A DNA stretch of 36,361 nt. Source: Betaproteobacteria bacterium. Its GTDB lineage: Bacteria > Pseudomonadota > Gammaproteobacteria > Burkholderiales > Burkholderiaceae_C. Where the stretch lies: positions 1 to 36,361 of the forward strand of contig VBCQ01000252.1 in NCBI GenBank assembly GCA_005882155.1. The letters run 5' to 3'. Positions 21,564-32,476 of this stretch are shown one piece after another. Under the pieces are notes generated by a model. The model did no database searches and was not told where the DNA came from. It saw only the letters and a program-made list of their open reading frames with translations. The first letter of the stretch is position 1. Each line of letters opens with the position of its first letter. A program made the translations under genes and the position numbers.

Positions 21564-22712
21564 TCAAAGCCCAAGCCAGCGCCCGATGATGTTGCGCTGC
21601 ATCTCGCTGGTACCGGAGTAGATCGTCGAGCCGATGGCGTCGCGCAACGCGCGCTCGACCTCGTACTCTTCCATGAAGCCGTAGCCGCCGTGCAGCTGCA
21701 CCGTATCGAGCGCGGTGCGCACCAGCGACTCGCTGACGAACAGCTTCGCGATCGCCGCGTCGAGCGAGATCGAGCGCGTCGTCGTGAGTCGCGACGCCGT
21801 GCGGTACACCAGCAGGCGCGCCGCCTCGAGCTGAACTTTCATGTCGGCAATCTTGTGCGACACCGCTTGGAACTTGCCGATCGCCTGGCCGAACTGCGAG
21901 CGCGTTCGCGCATAGCCGATCGAGGTCTCGAGCAAACGCTCGATCGTGCCGACATGCGCCGCGACCAACAGCGAGCGTTCCCAGTCCATCGCAGTGCCGA
22001 ACACGCTCGCACCGCCGCCAACGCTGCCGAGCACCGCGTCGTCGGGAATGACGGCGTCGACGAACACCAGCTCACCGACCGGTGACGTGCGCAGCCCCAT
22101 CTTGGCGAACTTTTGACCTGTCGAGAATCCGACCACGCCACGCTCGACGAGGAAGGCGGTGATGCCGCCATGAAATCCTTTGTCAGCGTCGGTCACTGCG
22201 AACACGACGACGACATCGGCGACCGGGCCGTTGGAGATGAAAGTCTTGTTGCCATTCAGGCGCCACCCGCCGCCAGTGCGTTCCGCGCGCAGGCGCATCG
22301 CGAACGTGTCCGAGCCCGCGTCGGGCTCGCTGATAGCGTGCGCACCAACGAGCGTGCCGTCGCACAGGCCGCCGAGGTAGCGGCGCTTTTGCGCGTCGCT
22401 GCCGTGCTGCCAGACCGGCACGACGCAGGCGAGGACATGGGCGCAGATCGAGAACACGAGTCCGCCGTCGCGGCAGCCGTAGCCAAGTGCTTCGAGCGCA
22501 ATCGCGCAGCTGAGCGGATCGGCGTTCGTCCCGCCATATTCCTCGGGCGCCGGCAAGCCGAGCAGGCCGACGCCGGCGCACGCGCGCCACAGCTCGCGCG
22601 AGAAGGTTTGCTCACGGTCACGGGCGATCACCTCGTGGTTGAGCTCGCCGCGGGCGAATTTGACGATGCTGTCGCGCAGCAGCTTCTGTTCGCTCGTGTA
22701 GCTGAAATCCAT
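21564..22712 (-). CDS. Acyl-CoA dehydrogenase family protein, L-prolyl-[carrier protein] dehydrogenase type (AnaB/PltE/RedW-like)
   Basis: ACAD motifs SEPDAGSD, LNGNKTFISNG, KMGLRTSP, QFGQAIGKFQ, QLHGGYG, IYSGTSEMQR. Subfamily-like segments MDFS, LEALGYGCRDGGLVFSICAH, and MDWERS (catalytic Glu position). Confidence 0.85.
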   Translation of the reverse strand: MDFSYTSEQKLLRDSIVKFARGELNHEVIARDREQTFSRELWRACAGVGLLGLPAPEEYGGTNADPLSCAIALEALGYGCRDGGLVFSICAHVLACVVPVWQHGSDAQKRRYLGGLCDGTLVGAHAISEPDAGSDTFAMRLRAERTGGGWRLNGNKTFISNGPVADVVVVFAVTDADKGFHGGITAFLVERGVVGFSTGQKFAKMGLRTSPVGELVFVDAVIPDDAVLGSVGGGASVFGTAMDWERSLLVAAHVGTIERLLETSIGYARTRSQFGQAIGKFQAVSHKIADMKVQLEAARLLVYRTASRLTTTRSISLDAAIAKLFVSESLVRTALDTVQLHGGYGFMEEYEVERALRDAIGSTIYSGTSEMQRNIIGRWLGL

Positions 22713-22756
22713 CAGCGTAGCGCCTTCAGCCGCTGGTAGTCGATCTTGTCGGTCGA
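22712..22756 (-). pseudogene. 3'-terminal remnant (14 codons) of an adenylate-forming enzyme gene
   Basis: Minus strand reads STDKIDYQRLKALR-stop (A10-like K-I-D motif). The stop overlaps the dehydrogenase ATG as TGATG, and an in-frame stop lies four codons upstream. Confidence 0.6.
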
Positions 22757-22762
22757 CGGCGG

Positions 22763-22790
22763 CCCTCACCTGCGCCCTCTCCCAGAGGGG
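22763..22790. repeat. CCCTCACC...CCCTCTCCC-type REP-like palindromic element (shortened) downstream of ppsA
   Basis: CCCTCACCTGCGCCCTCTCCCAGAGGGG; resembles the common proteobacterial CCCTCACCCC..CCCTCTCCC..GGGAGAGGG repeat with part of the second arm missing. Confidence 0.6.
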
Positions 22791-22797
22791 GTAACGC

Positions 22798-25205
<2,408 letters not shown>

Positions 25206-25427
25206 GGGAAAGCTCCGTGATGATAAAAAATCGGTGCTTCCCGGCCCCGGGCGGCGGCATATCCCGAGCGGTGCTCGAGGGACTGGCTTATCGGCGTGCG
25301 CGCCCGACTTTTTGTCGGTTCTGATTGGCGGTGGGCGACGCTCATGGCCATAGGCAGGAAGGATTGCCGTGATTCTACGGGCGGAACTCCCTATCATCGG
25401 CGCACGCCCATCGAATCCACGCAGCGC

Positions 25428-26285
25428 ATGTTGAATCGCACCGTTTTCTTCGTCTCCGACGGCACCGGCATTACCGCCGAAACCTTCGGCAACTCGATCC
25501 TCAACCAGTTCGCGATCAAGCCACGCCACGTGCGGCGCCCCTTCATCGACACGGCCGACAAGGCACACCAGGTCGTGCGCGAGATCAACCACACCGGCGA
25601 CAGCGAAGGCAAGAAGCCGATCGTCTTCATCACGCTGATCGACACCGAAGTGCTGCGTATCGTCAAGGACCTGTCGCGCGCGATGGTGCTCGACATGTTC
25701 AACACCTTCATCGAGCCGCTCGAAGCCGAGCTCGGGATGACGTCGAACCATCGCGTCGGGCGCTTCTCCGATGTGTCGAAGAGCCAGGAGTACACCGACC
25801 GCATCGAGGCCATCAACTTCTCGCTCGCGCACGATGATGGCCAATCGGCGAAGAACCTCGAAGCGGCCGATGTGATCCTGGTCGGCGTGAGTCGCAGCGG
25901 CAAGACCCCAACCTCGCTGTATCTGGCGATGCAGCATGGCATCAAGGCCGCCAACTACCCGCTGATTCCCGAGGACTTCGAGCGGGCTCAGCTGCCGTCG
26001 ACGCTGATGCCGCACAAGAGCAAGTGCTTCGGCCTCACGATCGACCCGGCGCGGCTGAACCAGATCCGCAACGAGCGCCGCCCGGGCAGCAAGTACGCGG
26101 CGCTGGACAACTGCCGCTACGAAGTGCGCGAAGCCGAGTCGATGATGCGCCGCGAAGGCATCGCCTGGCTGTCGTCGACGCACAAGTCGATCGAAGAGAT
26201 TGCGACGACGATATTGCGCGTGCACGCGCAACAGTCATCCCGGCGAATGCCGGGATCCACGCGTCCATCGTCCACGGAACATTGA
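25428..26285 (+). CDS. ppsR: PEP synthase regulatory kinase/pyrophosphorylase (DUF299), aberrant C-terminus
   Basis: [58 protein letters not shown]; divergent from ppsA. Confidence 0.94.
   Translation: MLNRTVFFVSDGTGITAETFGNSILNQFAIKPRHVRRPFIDTADKAHQVVREINHTGDSEGKKPIVFITLIDTEVLRIVKDLSRAMVLDMFNTFIEPLEAELGMTSNHRVGRFSDVSKSQEYTDRIEAINFSLAHDDGQSAKNLEAADVILVGVSRSGKTPTSLYLAMQHGIKAANYPLIPEDFERAQLPSTLMPHKSKCFGLTIDPARLNQIRNERRPGSKYAALDNCRYEVREAESMMRREGIAWLSSTHKSIEEIATTILRVHAQQSSRRMPGSTRPSSTEH
26234..26259. repeat. REP-like palindrome (GTCAT...TCCA type)
   Basis: GTC-ATCCCGGC-GAAT-GCCGGGAT-CCA, matching the widespread GTCATTCCCGCG..GCGGGAATCCA REP pattern. Confidence 0.75.
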
Positions 26286-26342
26286 CTATGGAAACGAGGT
26301 ATGCGACAAGCGCAGGATCGACCTGCGCTGCTCGGCTGCGCC

Positions 26343-27578
26343 TCAATGCCCTGTCGGATGCAGCGTCGCTTGCCCCAGATTCCACAGCGGCGTGAACACG
26401 CCCAGCAGCAAGATGCCGACCATCACACCCATGATGCCCAGCAAGATCGGCTCGATGGTTTCGCTCAGCTTGCTCACCTCGTAGGTCACGTCCTCCGAGT
26501 GGATCTGCGCGATCTGCTCCATCATCTCGGCCACCTCGCCGGTGGCCTCGCCCACGCTGATCATCTGCACTTCCATCGACGAGAAGATCCCCGAAGTCGT
26601 CGCGACACGGCTGAAGTTGTCGCCGCGCTCCACGCCTTTGCGCATCTGCAGGATGCGCTGCTCGTAGAAGGCATTGCCCACCACCCGCGCGGCCAGCTCG
26701 AGCGATGGCACCAGGGGGACGCCGCTGCGGCTGGCCATCGCGAAGTTGCGACAGAAGCGGGCGACGCTCGCCTTCTTCAGGATGCTGCCGATCACAGGCA
26801 GCCGCGTCTTTGTGCGGTCCCACAGATAGCCGCCGCGTTCGGTGGCCGTCCAGCGCTTGAAGAGGAAGACCGCCACACCGATCGCGGCCCCCACCACCCA
26901 CCAATAGCTGCGCGCGAACTGCGAGATCGAGATCAGCACCTGCGTGATCGCAGGCAGCTCCGCTTTCAGATTCTTGTAGGTGGCCGCGAACACGGGAATC
27001 ACGAACAGCATTAGCACCGACATACCGATCGCCAGCGCCGACATCACAAAGGTGGGATAGCGCACCGCCGACTTCACCTTCTTGTTCAAATCGCGATCGA
27101 ACTCGATCTGCTTGAACAGCGCGCGAAACGCTTCGTCCAGGCGACCCGAGCCCTCGCCCACCTTCACCATGTTGACGTAGAAGTTGTCGAAGATTTTCGG
27201 ATGCCGCGCGAACGCGGTGCTCAGCTCCGAGCCGCGATCGAGATCGGCACGCACCGCCAGCAAGGCCTTGGCGAGCGGCTTGCTGGTGGTCGAGCGCTGG
27301 ATGCCCTCGACGGCCAACATCAACGGCATGCCGGCGCGCACCATGTTGGCCATTTGGCGCGTGAGCATCTGCAGCTCGAGCATGTCCACCTTGTTCTCGC
27401 CGGTCAGGTTCATCAGCCATTCCGGCTGCTGCGCGGGCTTGGGCAGCTCCCTGATCTTGATCGGCGAGATCTCACTTTCCATCAGCCACTTCGCCACCGC
27501 ATTTGGGTTGGCGGACTCGATGCGGCCACGCATCTTTTCGCCCAGCTTGTTGCGGCCTTCATAAACGTAGGTCTGCAT
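26343..27578 (-). CDS. mshG: Type IV pilus inner-membrane platform protein (MshG/PilC/GspF family)
   Basis: TRQMANMVRAGMPL, HPKIF, GEGSGRLD, AVRYPTFV, MISVGEATGE, IEPILL; msh-like context. Confidence 0.85.
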   Translation of the reverse strand: MQTYVYEGRNKLGEKMRGRIESANPNAVAKWLMESEISPIKIRELPKPAQQPEWLMNLTGENKVDMLELQMLTRQMANMVRAGMPLMLAVEGIQRSTTSKPLAKALLAVRADLDRGSELSTAFARHPKIFDNFYVNMVKVGEGSGRLDEAFRALFKQIEFDRDLNKKVKSAVRYPTFVMSALAIGMSVLMLFVIPVFAATYKNLKAELPAITQVLISISQFARSYWWVVGAAIGVAVFLFKRWTATERGGYLWDRTKTRLPVIGSILKKASVARFCRNFAMASRSGVPLVPSLELAARVVGNAFYEQRILQMRKGVERGDNFSRVATTSGIFSSMEVQMISVGEATGEVAEMMEQIAQIHSEDVTYEVSKLSETIEPILLGIMGVMVGILLLGVFTPLWNLGQATLHPTGH

Positions 27579-27604
27579 CGTCGGTACTCCAGTGTGGCGT
27601 GCGC

Positions 27605-29284
27605 CTACTCCGCGATGGTCATGGCTTCGGCGACCGTGGTCCTGCCCTCGAGCGCCATCGTGACGGCGCCGTGAGCCAGCGTGCGGCGCCCGATCTGAAC
27701 GCGCGCGATCTTGTCGATGAGCTGCGCATCGGCGCGCTGCAGCGCATCGGTCAAATCCTGCGTGATCTCCAGCATCTCGTACACGCCGCGCCGACCGCTG
27801 AAGCCGACGCCGTTGCAGCGCGAGCAGCCGCGCCCCTTGCGGAACTTGGCGAGCGAGAGTTCTCCCTCGGTCGCGTGGTGCGCCACCCATGCGCGCTCGT
27901 CGACTGACGGCTCGTAGGGCTCGGTGCAATACGTGCACGAGATGCGCAGCAGGCGCTGCGCCATCACCGCACGCAGTGTGGAGGCGATCATGTAGCCGGG
28001 CACGCCCATGTCGAGCAGACGCACCGGCGTGCTCGGGGCATCGTTGGTGTGCAAGGTCGACAGCACCGTGTGCGCGATGTCGGCCGTCTCGTTGTCGCGG
28101 ATCTCGCCCACCAGCAGGATGTCGGGGTCCTGGCGCAGCAGCGATCGCAGCACGCGGGCGAAGCTGAGCTCGATCTTCTCGTTGATCTGCACCTGGTTCA
28201 CGCCGGCCAGGCGGTACTCCACCGGATCTTCCGCGGTGAGGATCTTCACGCTCGGCTGATTCAAGGTTTCGAGCGCGGCATACAAGGTGGTGGTCTTGCC
28301 GCTGCCGGTCGGGCCGGTCACCAGCACGATGCCGTGCGGCGCGTGGATGGCGCGCTCGAAGTCCTCGCTCACCCAAGCCGGCAGCAGGTCACTGATGCGC
28401 CGGCGCTTGCCGTCCTGGCGCAGCAAGCGCAGCACGATCGACTCGCCGAATTGCGTGGGCATGGTCGACATGCGAATGTCGAAACGCGAATCGCCCGACT
28501 TCACCGTGATGCGGCCGTCCTGCGGCAGGCGGCGCTCGGCGATGTCGAGCTGCGACATCAGCTTCAGGCGCACGATCAGCGCCGAGGTGATGCGCGGGTC
28601 GGCCTCCACCTGCACGTGCAGCACACCGTCGATGCGAAAGCGCACCACCAGCGCATGCTCCTGCGGCTCGAAGTGGATGTCGGAGGCGTTGACGCGGGCC
28701 GCGTCCTCGAAGATGGTTTGCAACAGCTTGACGATCGGCGCGTCGGCATCGCTGATGGACTTGCCCATCGACGTCAGGTCGATGACGTTGTCCTGCGCAT
28801 CGATCTCTGCTTCGACCTCGCGCGCGAAGGCACCGATCTGCTCGGTCTTGCGGTAGATGCGGTCGATGGTGGCGAGCAACTGCTCGTTGGTGATGGCCGC
28901 CAGGTCGATGTGGCGCTTGAGCACCATGGCGAGCTCGTCCTGCGAGCGCAGGTCGGTCGGGTCGACCACGCCGACGAGACAGGAGTCACCCCGATCTTCG
29001 AGCACCACGGCACTGAAGCGGCGCGCCTGCAGCTCGCTGAGCTGGCGCACAACCTCGGGGTGCACATCGAAGCGGCGCAGGTCCACGAAGGGCAGGTTCA
29101 ACTGGCGCGCGAGGGCCTGGCCGATCTGCTCCTCGCTCGCGAGGTTCATGTCGACCAGCAGCTTGCCGAGCAATTGGCCGGTGCGTCGCTGTTCCGCCAA
29201 GGCTTGGTTCAGCTGCTCTTGCCGCAGCAGGCCTTGTTCGATCAGCACGGTGCCCAGCGTCTGTGGTTTCTGCATGGCGCGCAT
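27605..29284 (-). CDS. mshE: Type IV pilus assembly ATPase (MshE/PilB/GspE family) with MshEN-like N-terminus
   Basis: ASDIHFEP, LDIAERRLPQDGR, GPTGSGKTTTLY, EDPVEY, LRQDPDILLVGEIRD, tetracysteine Zn motif. Start may instead be 29275. Confidence 0.9.
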   Translation of the reverse strand: MRAMQKPQTLGTVLIEQGLLRQEQLNQALAEQRRTGQLLGKLLVDMNLASEEQIGQALARQLNLPFVDLRRFDVHPEVVRQLSELQARRFSAVVLEDRGDSCLVGVVDPTDLRSQDELAMVLKRHIDLAAITNEQLLATIDRIYRKTEQIGAFAREVEAEIDAQDNVIDLTSMGKSISDADAPIVKLLQTIFEDAARVNASDIHFEPQEHALVVRFRIDGVLHVQVEADPRITSALIVRLKLMSQLDIAERRLPQDGRITVKSGDSRFDIRMSTMPTQFGESIVLRLLRQDGKRRRISDLLPAWVSEDFERAIHAPHGIVLVTGPTGSGKTTTLYAALETLNQPSVKILTAEDPVEYRLAGVNQVQINEKIELSFARVLRSLLRQDPDILLVGEIRDNETADIAHTVLSTLHTNDAPSTPVRLLDMGVPGYMIASTLRAVMAQRLLRISCTYCTEPYEPSVDERAWVAHHATEGELSLAKFRKGRGCSRCNGVGFSGRRGVYEMLEITQDLTDALQRADAQLIDKIARVQIGRRTLAHGAVTMALEGRTTVAEAMTIAE

Positions 29285-29315
29285 CAGTTGCTTTCTTTGG
29301 AATCGATCATGGAAT

Positions 29316-31370
29316 TCAGTTGATGACCTCGGTCCAGCGGCGGCTTAGCGCGGAAGAACTCGTAACGACCTGCGGCGTGATGTCGACGCCCTTCAGGCAC
29401 ATGAAGCCCGCGCCCCAGTAGCCGGTGTTGGCGGACTTCGTGACGTTGAAACTCGTGGTCGCTGTCGCACCGTGCTGAAAGAAGGCGCAGGTACCACCAC
29501 AAATCGTTGCGTTGAGCAATGGCGTCGTCGGACGCTGCGAAAGCTTGAATGTGGTGGCGGTGGGGGTCGGGGTTGACGAGATCGTCGTGCCGGCGGGAAC
29601 AACGCCCCCGCTCTTCACTGAGACGATCATCGTGCCCGCGGTCGGTACTGCAGTGCCAGTGGCGCTCGTCACCGTCGGGCCATCGGACGTGATTGTGGTC
29701 GACGCGAATTGCTGCGACACGCTGAGGTTGTAGGTGCCGACTCCGCCCGTGCCGGTGCCCAGGCTGACGATCGTCGTTCCCGCTGTAATGCCGGTGCCGA
29801 AAATCTTGTCGCCGACCGCAAGATTGGCGACCGTCGCGGCACTGACGGTCAGCACTGATGATGCCGTCGTGACGGTCATGGCCTTACTGTTCTGCGCCTT
29901 TGACTGACCCTGGGGAGAGCCGCAGCTACCGGAAGCCGACACGGTATAAGTGCCGATGCCACCGGTGCCGCTGACAATGGCGCAGATCGTTGTGCCGGTG
30001 TCAATGTTTCCGCTGATGACATCGCCTACCTGCAAGAGGGCACCCGACCAGGATTCCACTGTCAGCAAAGTTTGGTTTTTGCTTATTGAGGCAGTGATCG
30101 ATGCGGTAGTCCCTGCAGAGCCCGTCACCAAAGCGCCCGACCTCGCATCGGAAGCAGAGAGGAAGTCAGCGTTGCGTGCGTACCAAATTTCCGAATAGAC
30201 GTTCCCCGGAGCGCCCGCGATGCCTGTCGTGGGGAATTTCGCGATGCGAGTCATCGCGATGTTCTGGCCACCGGTGTCGAAAGTCACCGCGGACAATTCG
30301 TCCGCAACACTCGATGAACTTCCAGCGAAACCGAATACGAGCGTGTCGCCGCCGTAGCACCAGCTGGTGCACGTCTGTTTCGAGCCCGGTGCGGGCGTCG
30401 TGGTGCACGTGTCGGTCGCGGGATCGGTCCAGGTGCCGTCGTTGGTGAAGAAGCCACTCGTGGAACCGGTCTTTGCGATTGTGCCGCCCGTGCCGCCGCT
30501 TTCGTTGTCGTTCCAATAGGCCGCGCCGCCTGGCACAGGGCTCCCGGCAACGTAGCGGCCGGTCAGGCTCGGTCCCGGCGAGGTCCCCGAGAAAAGCGCC
30601 CCGACTTCTGCCACGCTGTAGCTGGCGGTCAATGTCTGGTAGATCTCGTAGCTGCCGCCGCTTGCAATGCTCACTGCGTTGCCCATGCTGCCGACACTGT
30701 TCGCGCCATTCTGCGAATTGATATTCCATTGGAGTTTGCAGGCCGGGTTGGTGCAACTCGCGCCGGTGTTGTTGCCTTGGCGTCGTGCCCCCAGGCTGAA
30801 CACCGCAATCGCCGGCGTCGCATAGGTGTTGTAGAGATTCAGTTTCCAAACCGGCGGTGGCGCCGACGCATTGGTGCAGTCGGAGACGGACGAATCGCAA
30901 GACACCCCGTTCGTGGTGGTCAGCAACATGTCCTGAGTCAATGTGCGATTGCTAATTCCAACCTGTCCCGTGGAAATCACCGTGCATTTCTCGCAAGGTG
31001 TCCCGCCGCTGTTATTGCAAGTCGCGGGTGTCGACACCGCGCTCAAAGTGACCGAGCCGCGTCCGACGCTGTAGGGTGAGCTTGCGGCGGCGGGGATGCC
31101 AGTGCAGCTGGTGTTGCTGAAGGTCGGGCCGAACGCGGCATTCACCACGGCGTGTCCCTTCTCGATGCCGCTTTCGGCGATGAAGAAGGCCGCTGTGCTG
31201 TCGCCTTGTCGCTGGCCGTCGATCACGTTGCCGCTGCTGACATCGAGCATCTGCGACAGCGCAAACACCACGGTCGCGATGAGGAACAGCATGACCACCA
31301 GCGTGACCATGCCGCGCTCACGAATCGGGCGCGTACTTGAAACGGTGCGGACGAAGGTCGAGGGCATCAT
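29316..31370 (-). CDS. Large minor pilin/adhesin: MshP/PilX-like N-terminus plus long Thr/Ser/Gly/Cys-rich domain
   Basis: Leader ...RERG|MVTLVVMLFLIATVVFAL lacking Glu5 (PilX/GspK-like), then AFFIAESGIE; last in the pilin series; 684 aa. Confidence 0.75.
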   Translation of the reverse strand: MMPSTFVRTVSSTRPIRERGMVTLVVMLFLIATVVFALSQMLDVSSGNVIDGQRQGDSTAAFFIAESGIEKGHAVVNAAFGPTFSNTSCTGIPAAASSPYSVGRGSVTLSAVSTPATCNNSGGTPCEKCTVISTGQVGISNRTLTQDMLLTTTNGVSCDSSVSDCTNASAPPPVWKLNLYNTYATPAIAVFSLGARRQGNNTGASCTNPACKLQWNINSQNGANSVGSMGNAVSIASGGSYEIYQTLTASYSVAEVGALFSGTSPGPSLTGRYVAGSPVPGGAAYWNDNESGGTGGTIAKTGSTSGFFTNDGTWTDPATDTCTTTPAPGSKQTCTSWCYGGDTLVFGFAGSSSSVADELSAVTFDTGGQNIAMTRIAKFPTTGIAGAPGNVYSEIWYARNADFLSASDARSGALVTGSAGTTASITASISKNQTLLTVESWSGALLQVGDVISGNIDTGTTICAIVSGTGGIGTYTVSASGSCGSPQGQSKAQNSKAMTVTTASSVLTVSAATVANLAVGDKIFGTGITAGTTIVSLGTGTGGVGTYNLSVSQQFASTTITSDGPTVTSATGTAVPTAGTMIVSVKSGGVVPAGTTISSTPTPTATTFKLSQRPTTPLLNATICGGTCAFFQHGATATTSFNVTKSANTGYWGAGFMCLKGVDITPQVVTSSSALSRRWTEVIN

Positions 31371-31380
31371 CTCGAAGTGA

Positions 31381-32022
31381 CTATTGATTGCGCAAGGCCA
31401 CGACGGTGCGCGTCTGCGTTGCCTGCACACCGGGCGGCTGCAGCGTCAGAGTCAATTCGACGAAGCGCAGTGCGCCGGCACTGGCCGTCACCGCATAGCC
31501 CGCATCGAGATAGCGAATGCCGAAGCTGCTGGCATAGCTCGTCAGCGCACGCGTGGCGGCCGGGGCGGCCAGCGTACCGGCGTAACCCAAGTTCAGGTTG
31601 GAACCACTCTGCTGAATGGTGACCGCAATGTCATTGTTCGCACCCGTCGGCGAAACGCCGCTGCAGGCGGCGATCAAATCGCCGCTGGTCTTGTTGAACA
31701 CCATCTGTGTGGCCGACATGGTGCTCACGCAGTAGGCGCCGCTCGAAGGGTTGTACTTGACCTCGCGAATCTCGCGCGCCAGGCGCTCCAGCAGCGCGCG
31801 GCCGTCCGCCATGGCGGCGCTGTCGCTGTTGACGGTTTGCACCAGGCTGAAGCTGTCGACCCAGAAATACGTCGCCGTCACCGCGAGAAAGCCAATCAGG
31901 CCGGCCGAGATGATCACCTCGATCAGCGTGAAGCCGCGCTGCCGGGGCCCAGCGGGTGGCAGCGCACGGTGCGAGCGCGATCGAAACGATCGTCTCGAAG
32001 AGCAGGCGTCGGGCGTGTCCAT
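31381..32022 (-). CDS. Type IV minor pilin (MshO/PilW-like)
   Basis: RQRG|FTLIEVII N-methylation motif; ALLERLAREIRE helix; C-terminal RTVVALRN. Confidence 0.85.
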   Translation of the reverse strand: MDTPDACSSRRSFRSRSHRALPPAGPRQRGFTLIEVIISAGLIGFLAVTATYFWVDSFSLVQTVNSDSAAMADGRALLERLAREIREVKYNPSSGAYCVSTMSATQMVFNKTSGDLIAACSGVSPTGANNDIAVTIQQSGSNLNLGYAGTLAAPAATRALTSYASSFGIRYLDAGYAVTASAGALRFVELTLTLQPPGVQATQTRTVVALRNQ

Positions 32023-32033
32023 TTAGTCGAATG

Positions 32034-32474
32034 TCAATAGTTGGTGAGCTGCAGCGTGAAGCGTGGGAGGGCCTCTGCCGTGTCGGTCGACTTGGCAATT
32101 TTGATGGTCGCCGTGCAAGTTGCCGTGCTGCATGTCGTGATGGAATTGCCGTTGGCGTCGGCCAGCGCAACGGTGGGGCTGCTGAAGCCGCCTACGCCAG
32201 CAATGACGCTGCATGCGCCAGTGCTGACGCTCACATAACCGACGTGCCGTCGCACGGCGAGTACGCGCTCGGCGCAGGCGCGCATCAATTCGACGCCGAC
32301 GAATTCGTCGCGGCCGGTGGTTTGTGTTTTGAAGACACTCGGTTGCATCGATGCGATGCCGGCCGACACCAGCGCAAGTACCCCGATGACGAGGATCGTC
32401 TCGAACAGGGTGAAGCCAGCTTGGTGATGACGCCGCGTGCGGCCATTGGGGCAATGGCCCCGCAGCGGCTGCAT
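32034..32474 (-). CDS. Type IV minor pilin (MshD/PilV-like)
   Basis: HQAG|FTLFETILVIGVLAL; C-terminal LQLTNY; ATG 32474. Confidence 0.82.
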   Translation of the reverse strand: MQPLRGHCPNGRTRRHHQAGFTLFETILVIGVLALVSAGIASMQPSVFKTQTTGRDEFVGVELMRACAERVLAVRRHVGYVSVSTGACSVIAGVGGFSSPTVALADANGNSITTCSTATCTATIKIAKSTDTAEALPRFTLQLTNY

Positions 32475-32476
32475 GC

